Notes: generated by a model not told the origin, from the sequence alone. Shown: positions 1-15,577, numbered from the stretch's first letter. The stretch: 64,000 nucleotides of DNA from Eledone cirrhosa (GCA_964016885.1 OZ024749.1:28582001-28646000), one strand, 5' to 3'. Made by a program: numbers and translations.

Positions 1-150
1 TCTCAGACATAAAATAGTGGGGTTGGCTTATAATCAAGTATATATATATGATATATTTTAATAAATTTACTTTTTTTTTTGTCTTTTTATAGTTTTTTTT
101 TTTTTTTTTTAATTTATTAATGTTTCATTTTCTTTTTTGTGTGTGTACAG

Positions 151-212
151 GAGATGGTTTTGAAGACACCAAAGTGACTGGTCTACTGGAAGCACCGTTA
201 CCTCCTTATTAA
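151..212 (+). CDS. Putative terminal coding exon of an unidentified upstream gene (..DGFEDTKVTGLLEAPLPPY*)
   Basis: Pyrimidine tract plus tacag acceptor ending at 150; open frame to TAA 210-212; AT-rich UTR-like sequence follows. Product not recognised. Confidence 0.5.
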
Positions 213-799
213 GGACTTGTTAAAAAAATACATTTTAGTTATTTGCTTAAATTAAGAATAATTATGGATTGTGAAGTTTCCTTTCTCACTTCTAACAGGT
301 TCCATGAGAAACTCACACAACAAACGTTTTTTATTGTTTTTTTTTTTCCTCCAAATACTCTTTGTTAAATTCCGTTAAACTTCATAACAAAATCTCGTTA
401 GATAAATCATTCACCTGAGTCTTCTTTACATTGATGTTATCAAAAACTTTAGTGGAAAATATCTTAATATATTTTAGAAATGTCTTTTTTTTTCTTTTTT
501 TCAAAATGCTTCAATTAGAATAAATCTTGTTAATTGCTTTATTGATTGTGAAAATGCATGGCTTAGTGGTTAGAGAATTGTATTTGCAATCATGAGGTTG
601 CGAGTTCAATTCCTGGACCGGGTGATGTGTTATGTCCTTGAGCAAGACACTTTATTTCACGTTGCTCTTTCTACCAGGAGTTGCGACTGGTAGATAGTAT
701 CAGCAATGGAAACATTGTTTCCTTGGTTCGATTTGACGAGTTCCACCCCACTTGCTAAGCAAGTGTGGTCCGGTATCTTGTTGATCTTATCAATTGTTT

Positions 800-1190
800 A
801 ATATCTGGAGATGTGTGTGGAAGATGTACCAATACATCTGTAGTTACATCTGGAAGGTATGGTGTGCCAAATATTTGTAGATATTTATAGAAGGTGTGGT
901 GTAATAAATATCTAATGATACATCTGGAAGAAGTACCAAGACATCTAGAAGGGATACCAAATATCTGGATACGAAGACATCTAGAAGGTGTTGTTTTACC
1001 AAATATCTGGAGATACATCTGGAAGGTGTGGTGTACCAAATATCTGAAGATGCATCTGGAAGGTGTAGTGTACCAGATATCTGGCGATACCTCTGAAAGG
1101 TGTTGTTTTACCAGATATCTGTAGATACATCTGGAAGGTGTGGTATACCAAATATCTGGAGATACATCTGGATGGTGTATCAAATATCCT
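800..1190. repeat. Degenerate ~40-bp minisatellite (atatctggagatacatctggaaggtgtggtgtacca-like)
   Basis: Unit repeats visibly; explains the repetitive ORF 755..1216. Confidence 0.8.
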
Positions 1191-3989
1191 TTTATATATG
1201 GTATCTTATAGTACAATATAGTTAGCTATTCTATAGGTGTACTAATATATAATATATAGTATCAGCAATGGAAAGATCAATGAAAACATTGTTTGATCCT
1301 TTCTTTCTTCTTACTTATGCATTTACTTCTCTTTACAATATACTTCAAAGAGAAAAAAAAAATATTTCAAATACTTTTCAACTCTTGTTAAATTTTTATC
1401 TTATTGATTTTTATATATATATATATATATATATATTAATGATAATAATAATTGTTATTATTCGATAAAATAAAGTACCAGTAATGTACTGGGTAATTAC
1501 TGGCCTTGTGCCAAAAGTAGAAACAATTATTATTATTATTATACTAAAATCTGTATTTAGCTGTCTATACAATTGCATGTGATACAATATGTAGTTAGTT
1601 GTCTGATATTATTTTATGTCCTAACTATTCTATACACTGGTTATATACAAATATAGGCATAAGTTTGAACAATATATACATATATATAATATAAAATATA
1701 ATATTACAGCTCACTCCTATGTAAGTTTAGCTGGCCTTTTACCAAGCAGCATCACATGGGCAGTTTCTCAGGTGTTTTTAATAATGACCCTAGTCTTATG
1801 AAAGGACTTTCCATAGGCCAGATGGCAGTCCATTGCATGTGTTAACTTCCAGCTTCAACTGCTACTGGTTTTTTGTTTTTTTTTTCATTTGAGTAGACTG
1901 GATCTACGTGAAATGAAGTATCTTGTTCAAGAGCACAACACACTGCCTGGTCCAGGAATGGAATGTATTCTATACATGATAGCTGGCTAACGCTCTTCCA
2001 TTGTTTCTTTATTGTTAACTAATGAGCTGCTGATATAAACAATGTAAATATATATACAATCCTGTCCAGGGCCTTCTAACTCATGTTGGTTTTGGTCATG
2101 TCTTCAAGGGTGTAGCTGTACTCACATACATACATGCCATCATCATCATTTTACGTCCACTTTTCCCTGCTTGCAAGGGTGGGACGGAACTGATATATAT
2201 CTAATCCAATCCAGGGCCTCCTCACTCCTGTTTCATGAACGCCTCCCCTTTTGGTTTTGGTCATGTCTTTAGTGGTGTAGCCATGCTCACATAAATACAT
2301 ACATATACAATCTTATCCAGGGCCTTCTCACTCATGTTAGAGGAACCCTTCGCTCCCTGGTTGACCTCTACCACTTTTGGTTTTGGTCATGTCTTCAGGG
2401 GTATAGCTGTAGTCACCACACTTGGCCAATTGTGAGTTGGTAAGACTATTTAACCCATAGTTGAGATGAATGGCTGTTGATTCTGAGTTCATCTGCCCTT
2501 TAACAGGTCTTGTTTTTTTGCGCTGCTAAGATTCGACTTACCCTCCTCACCAGACCCTGGTCTGATGAGGGAGCTGGCTTAGTCACAGACCACTTGACCA
2601 TGAAGCAGGTTGTACTGGGTTACATATATATATAAATGAGTCTTTCTTCAACTTCTGAGATAAAGGTTCTGTAGGAAGTATTCTGGATAATAGAATTTAT
2701 TGCCAATCTTTAACCCTTCTGTTGCTATATTTCTAATAAATAAATTTTTAAAAAATGCTGCCTATGACGTTCAAATAATTTTGAAAATAATTAGGAACGT
2801 TACTAACTTTCTCATTAAGTTTGTGTTTGGAGCATAACTTAACTAAGGTTCTTACATAAAACTATGATAGAAAGTTTATAGCTAAAGATAATCACTTGAA
2901 AATATATAGTTTTGTATTGTAAAACCAGGGACAATTCCAAGCATTTCGGTATTAAAAGGGTTAAAATATATTTCTAATCTCATTAAATTTGTTAAGAAAA
3001 ATGTATTAAAATGTTACGTAGTTCGCTGTGATTGTTTTGTTCGATAAATCTGTATTTTTTCATACAAATTTTAATGGAAATAAATTGTTAATAATTTTAA
3101 TGTAATGTGTGTTTTATTGTTTTTTTTCTCACTATTTCCTTTTTTTGTTTGTCAACCAAATCAACCCTTATAGGGGTACTTTACACCTTGCAGTAAGTTA
3201 AGATAAACTTCCCAGACAGTGTGTCGTCTTCATCCTCGTTTTATGTCCATTTTACCATTGTTTGGGCAGGCCATCTCCATTACAGCTTCTTTCCACTTCT
3301 GCCTGTTGTATTAAAGGTACCTTATATCTTCCAATAAGTTAGAATAAACCTCCTGGATAGTCTTCATTTTCCTTATTTTATGTCCATCCTTCTATGTTTC
3401 CATATGTTGGATGGTTCTTCGCTATCACAGCTTCCTTCCACCTGTTGTGCTCCTATGTCCTCGTCTCTTATTATGTGAGGTTCAACAATTTGAGATCAGT
3501 TCTCACCACTTCAGCCCAGGTCTTCCATAGCTTCCCTTGCACTGGGATCACTTGGCACTTCACCTAACGATCATCAACCAGCACAGTTGTCTACCTTGCA
3601 CACTAAATCTGATTTCCTCTTATACCTAGTTTCTCAGCTCCTATATGCTATGCACTGGTACTGTTAAATTGGGTGAGGGATTAAGTCTACCTGCTATTTA
3701 ACAATATTTAAACTCAGAATACAAAGACCTGGAACAAATACTGCAAGGTATCTATCTCATCAGACTAACATTTCCCCCATCCACTGCTCTAGACTAGGAC
3801 TTGATTTCATTAACCCCAAAAGAATGAAAGATGATGTCCTCAATAATTACTACATGTGAGGAAATTAATAAAATGTTGTTACATGTGTAACTAACTCCTG
3901 TAATAATTTAGCGGAAAATATCTTTAAAAAAAAAAAAAACTAGTTTGGCCATTCAAATGTTTATAGTATCTTCACTAGTGTACTGACCG

Positions 3990-4150
3990 TTGTAAACATT
4001 TGCAATACAATGATAAAGGCTTACACTTTTCATGCGCAGAGTCCCTGAAGAATGGAATAAACTACCTGCATCAGTTGGGACACTGCATCCTTCAAAACTT
4101 TCATACTTCCTGAAATTCGCCAACACTACACGATATTCCGCCTCCATACA
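3990..4150 (+). mobile_element. CR1/L2-like LINE 3' end remnant
   Basis: Translates RLTLFMRRVPEEWNKLPASV, a WNxLP motif typical of LINE ORF2 C-termini. Confidence 0.5.
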
Positions 4151-4409
4151 CTGTTCACTTGCCTGACATTTGTACTTTATTCTACGTACTATAAATGCAG
4201 CTTTGCACTATACACAATTTTCGTTATATTTTGTACATTTTAAGAATGTCTTGGTAATGTAATTTCCTATGGTACATGAGGTTAAGAGTTAAATAATTAA
4301 ATATAGAGGACTAGTTTAGGAATCCTTCTGTTAATGAAATACACTATTTGAACTAATTAATGAAGAATTTGGAGGGATGTACTCAAATAATGAATTATTT
4401 ATTATTTTT

Positions 4410-4620
4410 ATTGTTTTATTTCCCCTGAAACCCCCAAACAAGGTGTGAAGCCACTTAATGTAAGGTATGAAAGAGAAATTAAGATGAACGAAAGGAATGA
4501 ATTTACTTTGGAATTGAAAGAGTTCAAGTCATAAGGAGGAGGAGGAATACAATGAGATGGAAGAAAGTTCCAAAGTCTGGCAGTTTGAAAAGAAAAAGCT
4601 ATGACCATAGAAAGAGTTCT
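4410..4620 (-). mobile_element. CR1/L2/Jockey-like LINE 3' end remnant
   Basis: FSFQTARLWNFLP..YDLNSFNSKVN, a typical ORF2 C-terminal motif. Confidence 0.6.
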
Positions 4621-6536
4621 TTATTCATTATTAAGATAGTATTTGTAACAAATAAATGTTCTTATATCAAATTATGTTGGGAGATTTTGATTTAGCCCTT
4701 TTTCATTTACATTCCATGCTAGCGTGTAAGATGGACATTAAACAATGATGATGATTACTATTGTATTTTCATGGTAAAGGCTTTATCTCACATAATATTG
4801 AATCTATGAGATTTTGATTTTATTTATTTTGAGAACAATACTGTAACATTAGTATGAGCAACTGGTTATGACTAGTTTGAACATAAAGAATTCTGGCCAG
4901 ATACGGCCAGTTTAAATGCTAAAGGGTTAAAGAACCCTTTAAAATATGTGGTTTTTGTTTCATTGAATCCGGGACAGTTTAGGGGCAAGTGATATCTAAA
5001 GGATTAACATAGCTTTAAATTGGAAGATTTTAATTCAAAGATCCTTATAAAATGATTGGTTTTATTTCATTGAAGCAGGGACAGGATGATATCAAAGAAG
5101 CTAATATAGGTTTAAATTGTAAAAAGGTACTAAAATAATTGTTAGCATATAGCTTTATTCAATATATTACAGGAGGAAAATGTTTAGTTTGGAATTTTTA
5201 ACTCAACATATACTTTTGATATATTGATTCTGAAGAGGATGGTGAGATTGATCAGGGATTTCAAGGCTAGAAACAGGTAGCGACATAACCACTACCTGCT
5301 AGTCGATATATCAATGTACCATGATCATTAAACTGTCTGAAACGATCGTAAAACAATGAACTAATTAACCATCTATCTCCAACTTTTGTTTTAATTTCAT
5401 TGTTCAATATACACACATACATACGTATACATAAACATATCCTGTGACTTATATTTGAGTTAAGTACTGAGCCAAGAATGATGTATGTAAAATAGGGGTG
5501 TGATATATACACAGGTGTATATATGATATAGATACATATATACCAGTATATATGGTATATAGATACATCACACACTGGTATATATGGACACATACACGAG
5601 GGTATATATGATATACAGATATATATATATATACATCGGTATATATGTTATATGGATACATACACAGGTATATATGGTACACAGTTACATGTCTGCGAAT
5701 CAATAATTATTATATTATATTAGTATATAACCCATTGACTTATGGTGTGAAGAAGTAAGAGATATTTGCTTTCTTCATAAAATAGTAACAAAGCTGTATT
5801 TATGGATCACACATACATATATATATGTATATATATAAAAAAAAGCATTTTAAGGCGATCTTCCAAAGCTAAAATAGGTTTTAGTGTTGCACAGGCTATA
5901 AAACATTGCTTTGAAAAGTCAACATAAAAACGATGATGATGATGACACTCACACAGGCATATATATATATATATATACACACTTAGTGTATGTCGTGACC
6001 GAGATCTCTACCGTCTCTAATACACACAAAAATCAGTGAAGTTGGTTGTAGGTCAATATAGTATAGTATGCATTACAGTCTGAACTATATTATAACATAA
6101 ATGCACAAATTGTTATGTCCAGCAGCTGAAGATCAAATCAATGTATAATGTCTACTTGTAATACATAAAGTTTTGTGGAGGCAATGAAGACCTACATTTC
6201 CGTTCTGCAATGGGTTCACTTCTTTCTCTAGAAGTGCAAAAACAATAGGCAATATTCTTTTCATTTTTATTAGATGATAAGTTTTCCAGGGGTAAGATAA
6301 GGTTATTTTCCCCTCTTCCCTTCCACAATAAGTTCTCCAGAAGTGAAGCAATAGGCAACATTTTTTTTTGCTTCTTTTCCCTTTAATAATTTCTCCATGG
6401 GTAAAATAACATTACTTTTCCTCTCTTGCCTTCCACAATAAGTTCTCTGTAAATGAAGAAACAAAAACCAACATTTTCACACTCCTCATCCACAATAGGT
6501 TATCAAGAAGTGAAGCAGCAACAGGCAGGAGTCTTC

Positions 6537-6764
<228 letters not shown>

Positions 6765-7604
6765 CTATCATCATCATCATCACCATCATTATTTTATATC
6801 CATCGTTTTCCAAGCTGGCATGGGTTTAACAAGTCATCACGATCATAACTTGGATAACTAGGGCTAGTTCATATGATCCATATTTCGGCATGGTCTCTAC
6901 AGTTGGCTGTATGCCCTAACACCAACTACTTTACTGGGTATACAGATTGGATTTTATCATGATACACTTTACACCACTTTACACACACACACATATATAA
7001 ATGTACATAATATATATTATATATACATAATATATATTTATTATAAATATATATAGCAGTTTGACAAAAAGAGAACGATAAAATAAGTGCAGGTATCGAT
7101 ATGACCGAGTAAATCTTTTCAAGTCGATGCTCCAGCATGGTCACAGTCTAATGACTGAAATCGGTGAAACAAAAAAATCTCTGAATCATGACGCTCCTAA
7201 TAAACATTCGTGGAATCAAATCAATTTAACAATCAAAGGGAAGTAAATCTTGACATATACAGCAGAAGCCTGCACGATTTCTGACGCTGTGAACTGTTAC
7301 TCGAATTGGTTTAAAACGTTACGACACCGAGACTTTACTTGGTCGCTCTACCAGCTAAAAATACCTTCAACAAAATAAATATATAGATAAATAGACTAAG
7401 AAACACCAACGTATTCGCCATAATAATATTTATAACTTTATTAGACATTGTTAATGAAAAGCAACGAAAAAAGAGTAAATCAATAACATTAACATTGGCG
7501 ATTGTCGTAAGCAGACGATAGTTACTGGGGTGTGTGTGTGAGCGTATCTGTCACTGCTTACCTGCCACTCTGGTCATAATGTTTACTACTCCCTCGTCTC
7601 ACGT

Positions 7605-7629
<25 letters not shown>

Positions 7630-7639
<10 letters not shown>

Positions 7640-8129
7640 GTACGTATGGATTCACCGAACATTTATTATAATGCTCGGTGTGTTTGTAAACAAACATCCC
7701 GTATTAAGCCGTAGTGTCCAGCAACCATCGTTGCTCGTTTGTTCAACACTGACAAAGGAACGCTGTACTAGTTTCAAGCTTATTAGCTATCGTCAGCAAC
7801 GTATACCTTCCTGCCAGATTGTTGAACGTATATACTTACCTTATGCATATTAACGGCTGAATAGCCCAATTTGCATATCGATATGCAAATTGGGCTACTC
7901 AGCCGTTAATATGCATAAGGTAAGTATATACGTTCAACAATCTGGCAGGAAGGTATACGTTGCTGACGATAGCTAATAAGCTTGAAACTAGTACAGCGTT
8001 CCTTTGTCAGTGTTGAACAAACGAGCAACGATGGTTGCTGGACACTACGGCTTAATACGGGAGGTTTGTTTACAAACACACCGAGCATTATAATAAATGT
8101 TCGGTGAATCCATACGTACATATATATAT
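7630..8129. repeat. Spacerless ~500-bp palindrome carrying a hammerhead in each arm
   Basis: Centre at 7879/7880 (tgcatatc|gatatgca); mirrored ORFs 7638..7853 and 7906..8121. Confidence 0.95.
7957..7999 (+). ncRNA. Type I hammerhead ribozyme (mirror copy 7760-7802, minus strand)
   Basis: acgttg-CTGACGA-t agct aata agct t-GAAAC TA GTA^-cagcgt; palindromic helix III ACTAGT. Confidence 0.85.
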
Positions 8130-8347
8130 GTGTGCATGTATGTATATATATATATATACATACTACTGTGCGTCTGTATACATATATATATGTACGTGTA
8201 CATACTTATATTTAAGTAACAGCCGTACTAAGAGTGGGAAATGAAATTTCGTTTCATTTTTTTCCGTTTATATATATATATACACATACACACTTTGACT
8301 AGAATGCTGTTTAAGTATGCATACATTTTTGGGGGACAACCTCTATA

Positions 8348-9450
8348 TCATCATCATCATTTAACGTCCATCTACGCTAGCATGGGCTAGACGGTTTTGT
8401 TCCATTTCATGCGGGAACGGTCGGGAGACTGTGTCCTGCTCTTACGTTATGGGTACATAGCTTTTTACAGCTGGATGCCCTTTCTAACACCAACCACATT
8501 TACAGTGAGCGTTGGGTGCTTTATTTCCGTGGCGCCTACACGACCACTTTACAGTGTAGGTTGGGTGCATTTTGGTGGTGACACCTCCACGACCACTTTG
8601 CAGTGGGAGGGGATGGGTGCATATTGTCTATATGCTTCAGCGTCGGCTTGTTCCCGTGGGAAGTCAGATCTTCTGTATTACTGCACGACACCTTTGAGAG
8701 GTGCAATTGGGTAAGGTCAGCCTTTATCACCTCATCCCATGTCTTCTTGGGTCTCCCCACTCCATGGCTTCCATCAGCTTTTAGAGCTCTGCACCTTTTT
8801 ATGCAGCTGTCATCCTTCATACGCACACAGCATTTCATTCCTCTTATACTCAGTCTCTCTCTCAATTCGTTTATGCTTTGCCGTTCGTGTATATTACTAT
8901 TACACATCTATCGGAGCGTGCAACCTTCATTTCTTTCTAGTCTACGCAAGTCTTCTACACAGCGCCCAGGTCTCACTACCATGTAACATTGTTGTTCGTA
9001 TGCACGCATCATACAATCTGCCTTTCATTTTGAGAGAAAAGCCTTTTGCAGCTAGCAGTGGCAGTAGCTCCCTGAACTTCTTCCATCTCGTTCTTACCCT
9101 GGTTACTGTACTTTCAAAACACCCACCTCCACTGCTAATTTGGTCACCTTGGTAGCAAAAGCTGTCTACTGTTTCTACAGAGCCCTCCCAGAGTTTGGTG
9201 GTGCTTGTTTCCTGTGGTCGTTTGCTGCTACATGTAAAGTCTACATTCTTAACTAAGCTTCCTGAGATCCCACTACATCTCTTGTGTACCCATAGTTTGC
9301 ATTTGGGGCAGAGGATGGTGTTCCTACCTACACCTTTCCTACAAACTGAGCAAGTCCATTTCCCTGAGGGGATCTGGGTTCTGTTTTCTCGTCTACTTAC
9401 GAGGACCTTGGTCTTTGTCAGGTTGACTTTGAGACCCTTTCTTTCAGCAT
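8348..9450 (-). mobile_element. 5'-truncated RTE-clade LINE (PHD-like finger, RT C-terminus, 3' UTR, (GAT)n tail)
   Basis: GRPKKTWDEVIKADL and LYDACIRTTMLHGSETW motifs; homologous to 52400-54720. Confidence 0.9.
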
Positions 9451-9498
9451 GATAAAGATGTAGTTAAGAGTTAAATTAAATAAACTAAGTAACTCTAC

Positions 9499-9577
9499 CT
9501 GCTCTGTACTGGTGTTGCGAGGAGCTGAGAATGCAATGTTTTCGGTCACCTGCCTTGATACAGCAAATAAATCAGAA
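9499..9577 (-). CDS. TGS1: TGS1 coding exon 9: (A)SDLFAVSRQVTENIAFSAPRNTSTEQ
   Basis: Follows U12 branch point TCCTTAAC and an AC acceptor; GT donor at 9498-9497; fits the TGS1 T-x-NI...PRN segment; frame consistent. Confidence 0.93.
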
Positions 9578-11030
<1,453 letters not shown>

Positions 11031-11191
11031 TAATATTAATTCAAAAAGGTTGAGGTAATCCCAGCTGTAGTTGGGGCACTTGACACTGTGAGTACCAGAA
11101 GTGAAACTATCTTTTTAACAATTGGCACCTATTGGTTTGTAATTTAGGCATAAGGTCAGCAATTTGAAGAAGAGGATAGGAAGGAAAGTCA

Positions 11192-11404
<213 letters not shown>

Positions 11405-11563
11405 TCAATGCTAAATTCTTTCATTACCACGAAAAAAAAAAAAAAAAAGAAACACTGGCACATCTACATCAGAGCTTCTCTCAAAGTGGGTGCTACCGCC
11501 CCTTGGGTGGGGGCGTTGAGAAGGTCCAGGGGAGCTCTGTGGCTTAAGGGGTGGTGATAGAGA

Positions 11564-11621
<58 letters not shown>

Positions 11622-11624
<3 letters not shown>

Positions 11625-11962
11625 CACATGGCTTAGTGGTTAGACCATTGAGCTTGCAATCAAAAGGTTGTGAGTTCAATTCTCAGACTGAGTGATGTGT
11701 TGTTTCCTTGAGCAAGACACTTTATTTCACATTACTCCAGTTTACTCAGCTGTAGAAATGAGATGATAGGACTGGGGTCCCTATCATTCCACTGCAAAGT
11801 GGTCGTGGACATGCCACGGCAAAAAAGCACCCAACACTCACTGTAAATGAGGTTGGTGTTAGGAAGTGCATCCAGCTGTAGAAATCAAGCCAGAATCAGT
11901 TCCCGTCCCACCCTTGCAAGCAGGGAAAAGTGGACGTAAAATGATGATGATGATGATGATGA
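11622..11962 (+). mobile_element. tRNA-derived CORE-like SINE with RTE-derived 3' tail
   Basis: TGGCTTAGTGG A box, GAGTTCAATTC B box, ccttgagcaagacact core, tail cccacccttgcaagcagggaaaagtggacgtaaaa(tga)n. Confidence 0.88.
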
Positions 11963-12877
11963 TTATATATAAAAATATAGTAAAATAGAAAATATATATT
12001 TATTTATACATTGTATATATTATTTTATTTATTATACATAAATTAACGATTTAATTTATTATATATTATTTACAATTTACGTGTAGGCAGGTCTCTTTGG
12101 AAATAGGGTTGGGGGGGGGGGGGGGGGGGATGAGGATATTACATGGCTGTGAGGGTGGTGATGGCCCAAAAAGTTTGGGAACCTCTGATCTATTTCATCA
12201 TCATTGTTTTAACATCTGCTTTCCCTTCTAGCAAGGGTTGGACTGGTCAACATAGACCAAATCTGTACTGAAGTGGAGCCACACTGATCTCCCAGACAGG
12301 CCAGGGATCTGTTGTCTCACTTTCCGTACAGTCAACACTCAGGAGACATTGTCATGTCTTTGACACAACTGGAGGGTCCTTCAGATCCTTTTATTTGGCA
12401 AGATTTCTACAATTGGATGCCCTTCCTATCACTAACCAGTTTACAGCGTTTATCATGAAAATCACAAACACCAGGGAGGCTGTCATGTCCTTGACATAAC
12501 TGAAGGAAATTCTTGACCGTTTTGTTTGGCAAGATTTCTACCATTGGATGCCCGTCTTATCACCAACCACTTTACAGCATGTACTGGGTGAGTCTATCAT
12601 ATAGATTACCAACACTTGGGAAGCTGTCTTATCCTTGACATGACCAAACGGTCCTCTCAACCCTTGATTCTATAATTAAACTTGGAATCAACTTTAACAA
12701 CAACACAACATACCAGTAATATACACAGTACAATGTGGTTGATGTTAAGAAGGACAACCAGCTGTAAAAACCCCAGCCAAATTTATAGCCCTGTCAGAGC
12801 AAGGTACAGCATTGTCAATACTGACCCATGCAAGCATGGAAAAATGGACGTTAAACGGTGATGATAATGATACTTAC

Positions 12878-13596
12878 CTCTATGTAGCTTGATTCCTTTA
12901 TTAAACTTGGAGAATAGCCGAAACCTCTGACACCAATATTTCCTTAATGTCTGATCTTGTAAAATCTCATCTGGAATATTCGATTTCTGTTTCTGCTTTT
13001 TTTTTTTACCTGTTGAAGGTTTTAATTTACCAGAATTCTTCTCGACAGAACCCTCAGCACAAGCATCTGGTTTCTCAAACTTTACAGACTCGAGATCATT
13101 AGGAGCAGAACTTTCACCCGATTCATTACAGACATCGATGCTTCCAACTTCATTAGCATTTAAAGAATTTGTTGGGCCTGCAGTTAGATTTTTGGTAACA
13201 GAACGTTCACAAGATGTGTTACAGACATCATCATCACTACCATTTAAAGAATTTCTTTGGTCTGTAACTAAATCATCTCTTCTTAGATCTGTTGATGGAA
13301 TGGAATATTTCTCAGGATAATCTTCAGAATCTAGGTTTCCTTTGTTTCCAAGATCTGGTGTGTTTTCTATGGTTTCTGTTAAAGGCTCCACTCCAGATAG
13401 GAACTTTTTCACTTTTTGAACAACTTTGTTTTTTTCAAGTTTTTCAACTGGCTTAGTGTGTTTTTCTTTCCCTATTTCCTCTTCCTCCTCCTCATCAAAG
13501 TAGATGTGGACTGGCTTCTTTCCAGTATTCACTTTGGAATATTGTCTGAGAGTGTTTGCATGAAGACGCATCTGAATAGAGGAAACGGTAGATTTG
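12878..13596 (-). CDS. TGS1: TGS1 coding exon 6 (..HIYFDE..LRKYWCQRFRLFSKFNKGIKLHR)
   Basis: Conserved KYWxQRxRLFSxF motif; ttccag acceptor, GTAAGT donor. Confidence 0.93.
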
Positions 13597-14256
13597 CTGG
13601 AAGTAATAAAAAGACATTCTTAGAATTAGACATTGCTAGAGTTAGGACTGTTTCTAGATTGAGTCAGGAGTGGAAAATAATACACAAAGTAGTTATGTGG
13701 TGTGAGTGTGTGTCTATGCATGTGAGGTATGTGTGTGTGTTTGAGGCATCTGTGTGTGGTGTGAGGTGTGTAGTATACTGTTACCCTCTTTTACCTATTC
13801 CAGCCATCCGGCTGAGGCCATGCTGGGGCACGTATCTCAGTATGAGGTGTGTGCAGTGTGAGGTGTGTGTCGTGTGAGGTGTGTGTGTGGTGTATGTGTT
13901 TGAGGAGCGTGTTTGTGTGTGGTAGGAGGTAAGTGTATGGATGGGTGTCTCAGTGCCAGGTATGTGTATGTCTGTGTCTCAGAGTGTGTCTAGGTCTGTT
14001 TCTGCTTATAACACAGGTTCAACAAAAGATCAATAAGTTAACCCCTTAGCATTTAAATTGGCCGTATCCGGCCTCTCACACTGATGTTAAGGTATTGTTC
14101 TCAAAATAAATAATATCAAAATCTCATAGATTCGATATTATGTAAGATAAAGCCTTTACCATAAAAATACAATAGTATATATACAGTAATGTAAATGCTA
14201 AAGGGTAAAGAAACCAGTAAAATTGTAAAAGAATTCTACAAAAAGAGAAGAACTAC

Positions 14257-14472
14257 CTGTCAGTAGTTTGTTGAAATATCTTATATCCAAGGTTATCTAA
14301 AGTTTCTGTTAAATCAGACATATGGGTTGTGTCAGCTCCATTGAGAGAGTCAGCTATTGGTTCCTGGTTCAATTCTTTGTGGAGTACATCAGATTCTTTG
14401 TGGAGTACATCAGATTCTATGTGGAGTACATCAGATTCTATGTGGAGTACATCAGATTCTTTCACCAGAGCA
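14257..14472 (-). CDS. TGS1: TGS1 coding exon 5 (contains ESDVLH[I/K] repeats)
   Basis: catcag acceptor and GTAGTT donor; phase 2/2 matches neighbouring exons. Confidence 0.8.
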
Positions 14473-14639
14473 CTGATGGGTTCAAAAATAAGATCAGACA
14501 ACATGTAGTTTTTTAAAACTTCAGAAATATTTCAAACATTGCAAATATCAATGAAATTAAGGCTGTGGTGTGTTAGGTGTAAAACATGTTATGTTGGGAA
14601 GAGGATGGTAAGTGTGTAATTGTGTGTATGAATAATAAT

Positions 14640-15440
14640 AATTGTTTCTACTTTAGGCACAAGGCCAGCAATTACCCAGTGCATTACTGGTACTTTATGT
14701 TATCGACCCCGTAAGGATGAAAGGCAAAGTCAACCTCGGCGGGATTTGAACTCAGATCGTAAAGGGACGTAACTATGCTGGAAAGCATGGCGTCCGACCC
14801 TCTACCGATACTGCCAATCCACCGCCCTTGTTTCTACTTTTGGCACAGGGCCAGCAATTACTCCAGTGTATTACTGGTACTTTATTTTATCGACCCCGTA
14901 AGGATGAAAGGCGAAGTTAACCGCGGGGGGATTTGAACTCAGACCATAAAGGGCCGTAACTCTTTGCTGCAAAGCATGGCGTCCAACCCTCTACCGATAC
15001 TACTAATCCACCGCCCTTAATAATAATAATAATAATAATAATAATTGTTTCTATTTTTGCCACAAGGCCAGCAATTACCCATGTGCATTACTGGTACTTT
15101 ATTTTATTGACCTCATAAGGATAAAAGGCAAAGCTAACCTTGATAGGATTTGAACTCAGAATTTAAAGAACTGTAACTCTATGCTGCAAAGCATGGTGCC
15201 AGACGCTCTACCGATTACTGCTTATAATAATAATAATGGTTTCTGATTTAGGCACAAGGCCAACAATTTTAGGGGAGGGGAAAGTTAATTAGATCGACCC
15301 CACCATATTACTTTATCGACCTCGTAAGGATGAAAGGCAAAGCTAACCCTGGCGGGATTTGAACACAGAACATAAAGAGCCATAACTCTATGCTGCAAAG
15401 CATGGTGTCCTACGCTCTACCGATTATTGCCAATAATAAT
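14640..15440 (-). mobile_element. Four head-to-tail Meta/MESC-like SINEs
   Basis: Same ~190-bp unit repeated from about 14641, 14828, 15043 and 15236. Confidence 0.85.
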
Positions 15441-15471
15441 AATAATAGCAACAAGTAATGGTACAACTCAC

Positions 15472-15577
15472 CATCTGACTGTCTTTGTAGTTAATTCCTG
15501 AGGTAGTTTATCATCATCATCATCATCACCATTATCATCATTTATCTCCAGGCAGATCTCTGCATGATGACCAGAAT
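15472..15577 (-). CDS. TGS1: TGS1 coding exon 4 (acidic linker)
   Basis: ttatag acceptor and GTGAGT donor; phase 1/2 consistent. Confidence 0.8.

Noticed and set aside
755-1216. 153-aa ORF with repeats
   Set aside because: Product of a minisatellite; no splice or homology support.
7638-8121. Pair of nearly identical 71-aa ORFs on opposite strands (also the 75-aa pair at 42164 and 42583)
   Set aside because: Consequence of inverted repeats in non-coding ribozyme elements.
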